From Candidatus Pacebacteria bacterium CG10_big_fil_rev_8_21_14_0_10_56_10 (lineage in GTDB: Bacteria > Patescibacteriota > Microgenomatia > UBA1400 > PJMF01): a stretch of 52,671 nucleotides of DNA. The position numbers and the translations under genes were made by a program. The stretch covers positions 1-52,671 of the forward strand of contig PFDK01000009.1 in assembly GCA_002772645.1 (NCBI GenBank), read 5' to 3'. Each line of letters opens with the position of its first letter. The first letter of the stretch is position 1. The notes beneath the pieces are model-generated. The model was not told where the DNA came from and did no database searches. It was given only the letters and a program-made list of their open reading frames with translations. Below, piece after piece: positions 47,943-52,671 of this stretch.

Positions 47943-48084
47943 TGACTAGCCCCTAGGGAATAATTTCTTTTGGGGGTGTTTTTTTGACGCGCATTTTCAG
48001 TGTGCCATTAGTGTGCCGAAAGTGGGCCGTTTTGGCCCACTCGCTTAAAGTGAATTTTTTAGATATGCCAAGAAAATGAAGTCA
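47943..48084 (-). mobile_element. Dispersed element copy E8 (trimmed, 2 extra iterons)
   Basis: TGACTAGCCCCTAGGG...GTGGGCCGTTTTGGCCCAC...GCCAAGAAAATGAAGTCA. Confidence 0.9.
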
Positions 48085-48105
48085 CAGCTAGGGTAAAATA
48101 CAACC

Positions 48106-49257
48106 ATGAGTTTGGCTGTCGGGATAGTAGGGTTGCCCAATGTGGGCAAGTCCACCCTGTTCAACGCCTTGCTCAAGCGCCAAGCCGCCCTGGCAGCCAA
48201 CTACCCGTTCGCCACCATCGAGCCCAACGTGGGAGTGGTGCCGGTGCCCGACAGTCGATTGGCGGAGCTGGCCAAAGTGGTCGGCACCGAGGTCATCAAG
48301 CCGGCTACCGTCGAGTTTGTCGATATTGCCGGGCTGGTTCGCGGCGCCCACCGGGGAGAAGGGCTGGGCAATAAGTTTCTCCATCACATCCGCGAGACCA
48401 ACCTGATCTGTCAAGTGCTCCGGGCTTTTGACGATCAGCGAGTGGCCCGGGAAGGAGCGGTCGATCCGGCCCAGGACCTGGCCACTGTCCGCGCCGAGCT
48501 GATGCTGGCCGATCTAGCCACTCTGGACAAGCAAGCCGAGCCTAAAGGTGTTACCGACCGAACCGTCCAGCAGCGCTGGCGGCACATCCAGCAGCTGCGC
48601 GATTGGCTATCAGCAGAACAACTGCCCTGGCAGCAGTTAGCTAAGTTGGGTCAGAGTGAGCGCCCGCCCGCCACTCCCGTCACCGCCAAGTCCGCCACCG
48701 CCATCTCGACAGAACCCGTAGCCGCCACCGCCAGGGAACTCAACTTGCTGACCGCCAAACCGGAGCTGATCGTCCTCAACGTGTCCGAGTCTCAGCTGGC
48801 CGCCGGTATCGCGGAGCTAACCCGCCGGTACGCCGCCGAGCTGACAGTGCCGGCCCACAGCTTACTGGTGATGTCTAACTTGATCGAGAGCGAGCTGTCC
48901 AGCCTGTCTGCTGCGGACCAGCAGCTCTACCTGCGCCAGCTCGGTCTTGAACAAAGCGGTCTGGAGCGGTTGGTGACCGCCGCCTACCGCTTACTGAGCT
49001 TGCAGAGTTTCCTGACAGCGGGTGAGAAAGAGGTTAGGGCCTGGACGATCAGCCGGGGGACCACCGCCCGGCAGGCCGCCGCCGTCATTCACTCGGACTT
49101 TGCCCAAAAAATGATCAATGCTCAAGTCATCAACTACACGGATTTCCTCAAGGCGGGTGGCTGGAAGCCGGCTCGCGACCGCGGTCTGATTCGCACTGAG
49201 GGCCGCGACTACCTAATGCGGCCTGACGACGTGGTTGAGTTTAGGGTAGGGAGGTAG
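48106..49257 (+). CDS. ychF: Ribosome-binding ATPase YchF
   Basis: GLPNVGKST, NYPFATIEPN, DIAGLV, TGS domain. Confidence 0.96.
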   Translation: MSLAVGIVGLPNVGKSTLFNALLKRQAALAANYPFATIEPNVGVVPVPDSRLAELAKVVGTEVIKPATVEFVDIAGLVRGAHRGEGLGNKFLHHIRETNLICQVLRAFDDQRVAREGAVDPAQDLATVRAELMLADLATLDKQAEPKGVTDRTVQQRWRHIQQLRDWLSAEQLPWQQLAKLGQSERPPATPVTAKSATAISTEPVAATARELNLLTAKPELIVLNVSESQLAAGIAELTRRYAAELTVPAHSLLVMSNLIESELSSLSAADQQLYLRQLGLEQSGLERLVTAAYRLLSLQSFLTAGEKEVRAWTISRGTTARQAAAVIHSDFAQKMINAQVINYTDFLKAGGWKPARDRGLIRTEGRDYLMRPDDVVEFRVGR

Positions 49258-49492
49258 CTGCTGAGTTTGTCGGCGCCAGCCGAGGAGTTATTTTTTGAAC
49301 TCAGGAAGCCTCCGGCCAGGCCTCAAGGTATGCTATAATCACGCCTCAAGAAACGGTTCGTCTCTCGATGAAGTGGCTAGCTAAGAATCGATAACTACAG
49401 TACCAATAGTTAGCTCAAGCCAGCCGCCGCCTCGTGATCCAACGCTCAAGACAACCGTGAGTACAAGTTAGTACAATCTTGTACGGGAGTAC

Positions 49493-50377
49493 ATGCCAAG
49501 CCGCACACCTAGTTCTACCAGCAAACTCGGTTCTACCAGCACAGCCCGGGCTAGTACCGCGGAAACCAAGGCCAAGGCTAAAACCCGCCCAGTTGCCTCG
49601 TCCCAAAAAACCACCGTTCCCAAGCAAGCTCCTGTTCAGCAAGCTACTTCTCAGGGCGCCTCTCGACCTACCACTCCTAAACGGACCGCCTCTGGACCTA
49701 CCACTCCTAGACAGATCGCTCTCAAACCCACCACCTCAAAACGGACCGCTTCCAAAAAAACCAACCCCAAACAGCCCGCCACCAGTCGCTCCCGAACAGC
49801 CACCACCCGCCAATACGAGCTTACCTACTTGGTACCGGTACAAGCCAGCGCCGAACTGGAGCCGCTCCGCGCCCAAATCGCCCAGTTGGTTACCAAACAC
49901 CGCGGCACCGTCACCCAGACCGAGGACTGGGACAAACATCGGCTAGCTTATGCCATCAATGCCGGCGGTCAGCTCCACCGGGAAGCCATCTTTACTCACC
50001 TAGGGCTGGACCTGTCACCTGACCGCGTCAAGACCCTCGACAAGGACATGACGCTCCAACCCCAAGTTATTCGCCACTTGATCGTCACCAGCGATGGCGT
50101 ACCATCGAGTATGGCCCCTGGCGAGGGCGGCCCAGACAGCGAGCCAAGTAGTGGCCCAGCCAGTAGTGGCCTAGACGGCGGTGGAAGCAGTATTCGGCGT
50201 AACAGCCGAGACATCAATCGAGACGGCAGCAAAAACACCGGTCGGAACACCAGTCGGGACGGCAGCAGCAACACCAGCCCAAAAACTAACCGAGACAACT
50301 CTGCTCGCCGCCATCGAAAACCAGCCACACGGCCTGGGCCCGGTAATGCTGACGGCGCTACGGTTGATGTAAGCTAA
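49493..50377 (+). CDS. rpsF: 30S ribosomal protein S6 with long low-complexity N- and C-terminal extensions
   Basis: Core RQYELTYL...WDKHRLAYAI...VIRHLIV; rpsF-ssb-rpsR order. Confidence 0.88.
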   Translation: MPSRTPSSTSKLGSTSTARASTAETKAKAKTRPVASSQKTTVPKQAPVQQATSQGASRPTTPKRTASGPTTPRQIALKPTTSKRTASKKTNPKQPATSRSRTATTRQYELTYLVPVQASAELEPLRAQIAQLVTKHRGTVTQTEDWDKHRLAYAINAGGQLHREAIFTHLGLDLSPDRVKTLDKDMTLQPQVIRHLIVTSDGVPSSMAPGEGGPDSEPSSGPASSGLDGGGSSIRRNSRDINRDGSKNTGRNTSRDGSSNTSPKTNRDNSARRHRKPATRPGPGNADGATVDVS

Positions 50378-50436
50378 GCTCATATAATGACGGCAGTACT
50401 AACAACCACCCTTGGTAATAGCAGATAGGAGCACAT

Positions 50437-51102
50437 ATGTCCGCCCGTTCACTCAACAAGGTAATGTTAATTGGTAACCTGACCCGGGATCCCAACTTAC
50501 GCTTCACGCCCACCGGTACGGCGGTGTGTTCGTTTGGTTTGGCTACTAACAGGAGCTGGACCCCACCAGATGGCGGCGAAAAACAAGAGCGCGCCGAGTA
50601 CCACAACATCGTGGCCTGGGGTAAACTGGCCGATATCTGCGGTCAGCTGCTCCACATTGGTGACAAGGTGTACGTCGACGGCCGGATCCAGACACGCGAC
50701 TGGCGGACCGACGACGGCCAGGACCGGCGAGTGACCGAAATTGTTATCGATAACATGATGTTGCTCAAGTCGCAGTCAGGCAGTCGCGACTACGGTCGGG
50801 ACCAGGACTACGATGGGTACGCCGACGACTACGGTCAGCAAAACACTGACGGTAATAGCGGCGGTGCTCCAGATAGCGATGACGGCGATGTTGGCGGAAA
50901 CGGCGGCGATAGCCGGCCGGCCGGTTCAGGTCGCAGCCGCGGCAAAAGCAAGTCGGGCCGAACAGGTCGGTCAGCCGCTGGCGGCAGTAAAAGCACCGGG
51001 GGCAAAAGTTCCGGCGACGACCGCAAGTCTAAATCAAGGTCCGGCGGCGGTGACCAGGACGCCAGCGATGCTGAGGACATTGCCGATGACATCCCATTCT
51101 AG
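50437..51102 (+). CDS. ssb: Single-stranded DNA-binding protein
   Basis: LNKVMLIGNLTRDP; C-terminal DDIPF; GGAG RBS. Confidence 0.97.
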   Translation: MSARSLNKVMLIGNLTRDPNLRFTPTGTAVCSFGLATNRSWTPPDGGEKQERAEYHNIVAWGKLADICGQLLHIGDKVYVDGRIQTRDWRTDDGQDRRVTEIVIDNMMLLKSQSGSRDYGRDQDYDGYADDYGQQNTDGNSGGAPDSDDGDVGGNGGDSRPAGSGRSRGKSKSGRTGRSAAGGSKSTGGKSSGDDRKSKSRSGGGDQDASDAEDIADDIPF

Positions 51103-51150
51103 CCTCGGAGCTAACGCATTAACTAGGGTCTCAACTTAGGACAACATCAT

Positions 51151-51354
51151 ATGGCCGCCCCATCTACCCGTTACCACCACCCGGACCACTTCAGCTACAA
51201 GGACGTGGCCAGCCTGCGCCGCTACGTCAGCGAGCAAGGCTACATCGTGCCCCGGTCTAAGTCGGGCTTGAGCATGAAACGGCAGCGCCAGCTGGCCAAA
51301 GCCGTTAAACGGGCTCGCCACTTGGCCCTGTTGCCGTTCACCCAGACTATTTGA
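51151..51354 (+). CDS. rpsR: 30S ribosomal protein S18
   Basis: [15 protein letters not shown]...[13 protein letters not shown]. Confidence 0.95.
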   Translation: MAAPSTRYHHPDHFSYKDVASLRRYVSEQGYIVPRSKSGLSMKRQRQLAKAVKRARHLALLPFTQTI

Positions 51355-51424
51355 CACGGCAGAGCTGTTAGGACCAGCTTCCTTGGTCACCCCGAGAGGT
51401 TCCGGCAGTGTACAATAAACCCTT

Positions 51425-52671
51425 ATGCGGGCTTCACTGTACCGGCTTCTGCCGGCCGTTCGGTCAGTCATCGTGGGCAGCTTATTGCTGGTGCTGGGCG
51501 GGGCGGTCGGCTTTCGGATAGCCGGCGGCGCGACCTTGCCGTTAGCAAACATCGTCCAGCGCCAGGTAGAGTACAGGCTGATCAACACCGAACAACCGCC
51601 TGAGGTCCAAGATGTTGAGTTCTCTCAGTTCTGGGAGGTTTGGGGCATCCTTCAGCAGGACTACCTGGACGCCGCTCGGCTTAACGAACAGCAGATGGTG
51701 TTCGGCGCTATCCGTGGCATGACCGCCGCGCTGGGAGATCCCTACACCGTTTTTCTGCCTCCCGAGCTCGACCAGCGGACCGAAGAGGACCTGGCCGGCT
51801 CGTTCTTCGGCGTCGGCATCGAGCTGGGGTACATCGACGGCACGCTGGCGGTAGTGGCGCCGCTCAAAGGTATGCCTGCTGACCAGGCCGGGGTGGAGGC
51901 GGGCGACCTAATCCTCCACGTCACCGATGATGTCAAGGGCTTGGACGAAGACACTCAAGGCTGGTCGCTTAATCAAGCTGTCAACAACATCCGCGGCTCA
52001 AAGCAGAGCACCGTCACCCTAACGCTGTTTAGGTCCGGCAATGGGGGAGAACCGTTCGCCGTCAACCTGATCCGCGACGAGATCGTTATCCCGTCAGTGG
52101 AGCTGGTGTTTGTAGAGCACGACGATAAACGGGTGGCCCACATTCAGCTTTCCCGATTTGGCGAACGGACCAAAGGTGAGTGGGACCAGATTGTGGCCCA
52201 GATCCTCCAGCAGCGCGACAGCGTCGACGGCATTCTGCTCGACATGCGCAACAACCCGGGCGGCTTTTTTGACGGTGCCATCGACGTGGCCAGCGAGTTT
52301 ATCGAGTCCGGCACCATCGTCACTCAACAAGGCAAGTTTACTTCCCGCAGTTTTTCAGCCAAAGGCGAGGCTAAGCTGGGGCGGTTCCCGCTCAGGGTTT
52401 TGGTCAATCGGGGCAGTGCTTCTGCTTCCGAGATCGTGGCCGGTGCCCTGCGAGATCGGGCCGGCGCCGAGCTGATTGGCGAACAGACGTTCGGCAAAGG
52501 CACGGTTCAGGACCGCAAACAACTGGACAACGGCTCCGGTCTGCACGTGACCATCGCTAGGTGGCTGTTGCCAGCCGGCGACTCAATCCAGGACGAAGGC
52601 GTGCCGGTAGCTATCGAGGTCCAGGATGACAGACAGACCGATCAAGACGAAGTAGTGCTCAGGGCGATCGA
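51425..52671 (+). CDS. ctpA: S41 C-terminal processing protease, 3' end outside window (not in ORF track)
   Basis: Manual translation: N-terminal TM, LGDPYT, PDZ GVGIEL, DMRNNPGG, SASASEIVAGAL, TFGKGTVQ. Confidence 0.92.
   Translation, partial: MRASLYRLLPAVRSVIVGSLLLVLGGAVGFRIAGGATLPLANIVQRQVEYRLINTEQPPEVQDVEFSQFWEVWGILQQDYLDAARLNEQQMVFGAIRGMTAALGDPYTVFLPPELDQRTEEDLAGSFFGVGIELGYIDGTLAVVAPLKGMPADQAGVEAGDLILHVTDDVKGLDEDTQGWSLNQAVNNIRGSKQSTVTLTLFRSGNGGEPFAVNLIRDEIVIPSVELVFVEHDDKRVAHIQLSRFGERTKGEWDQIVAQILQQRDSVDGILLDMRNNPGGFFDGAIDVASEFIESGTIVTQQGKFTSRSFSAKGEAKLGRFPLRVLVNRGSASASEIVAGALRDRAGAELIGEQTFGKGTVQDRKQLDNGSGLHVTIARWLLPAGDSIQDEGVPVAIEVQDDRQTDQDEVVLRAI

Overview
GC-rich bacterial chromosome segment. 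The gene content and orphan-rich, leaderless layout point to Patescibacteria/CPR, probably Microgenomates (inference). The housekeeping backbone includes rpmB, fmt-def, mreB-like/mreC/mreD-like/pbp2, dprA-topA, nadD-nadE, a dTTP cluster (dCMP deaminase, HIT, thyA, dut, folA, tmk), recR, hpf, cysS, radC, alkA, ychF, rpsF-ssb-rpsR and ctpA. It is interrupted by short AT-richer patches holding intact and broken toxin-antitoxin genes (HicBA, three PIN/VapC pairs, Fic, truncated RelE, Phd, PIN and Doc pieces) and orphan ORFs. The most striking unexplained structure is a dispersed non-coding element of about 125-285 bp present 8 times (7 close copies and 1 diverged). It has CC(C/T)GACTTTCGC terminal inverted repeats, a GTGGGCC-AAAAC-GGCCCAC hairpin and a variable-number array of 11-bp iterons. 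I see no target-site duplications and no transposase in the window. Copies tend to come in pairs spanning about 3.5-4.2 kb, one is followed by a 49-bp duplication of the neighbouring gene, and the diverged copy lies upstream of an orphan ribbon-helix-helix gene. No rRNA, tRNA or CRISPR array was recognised.
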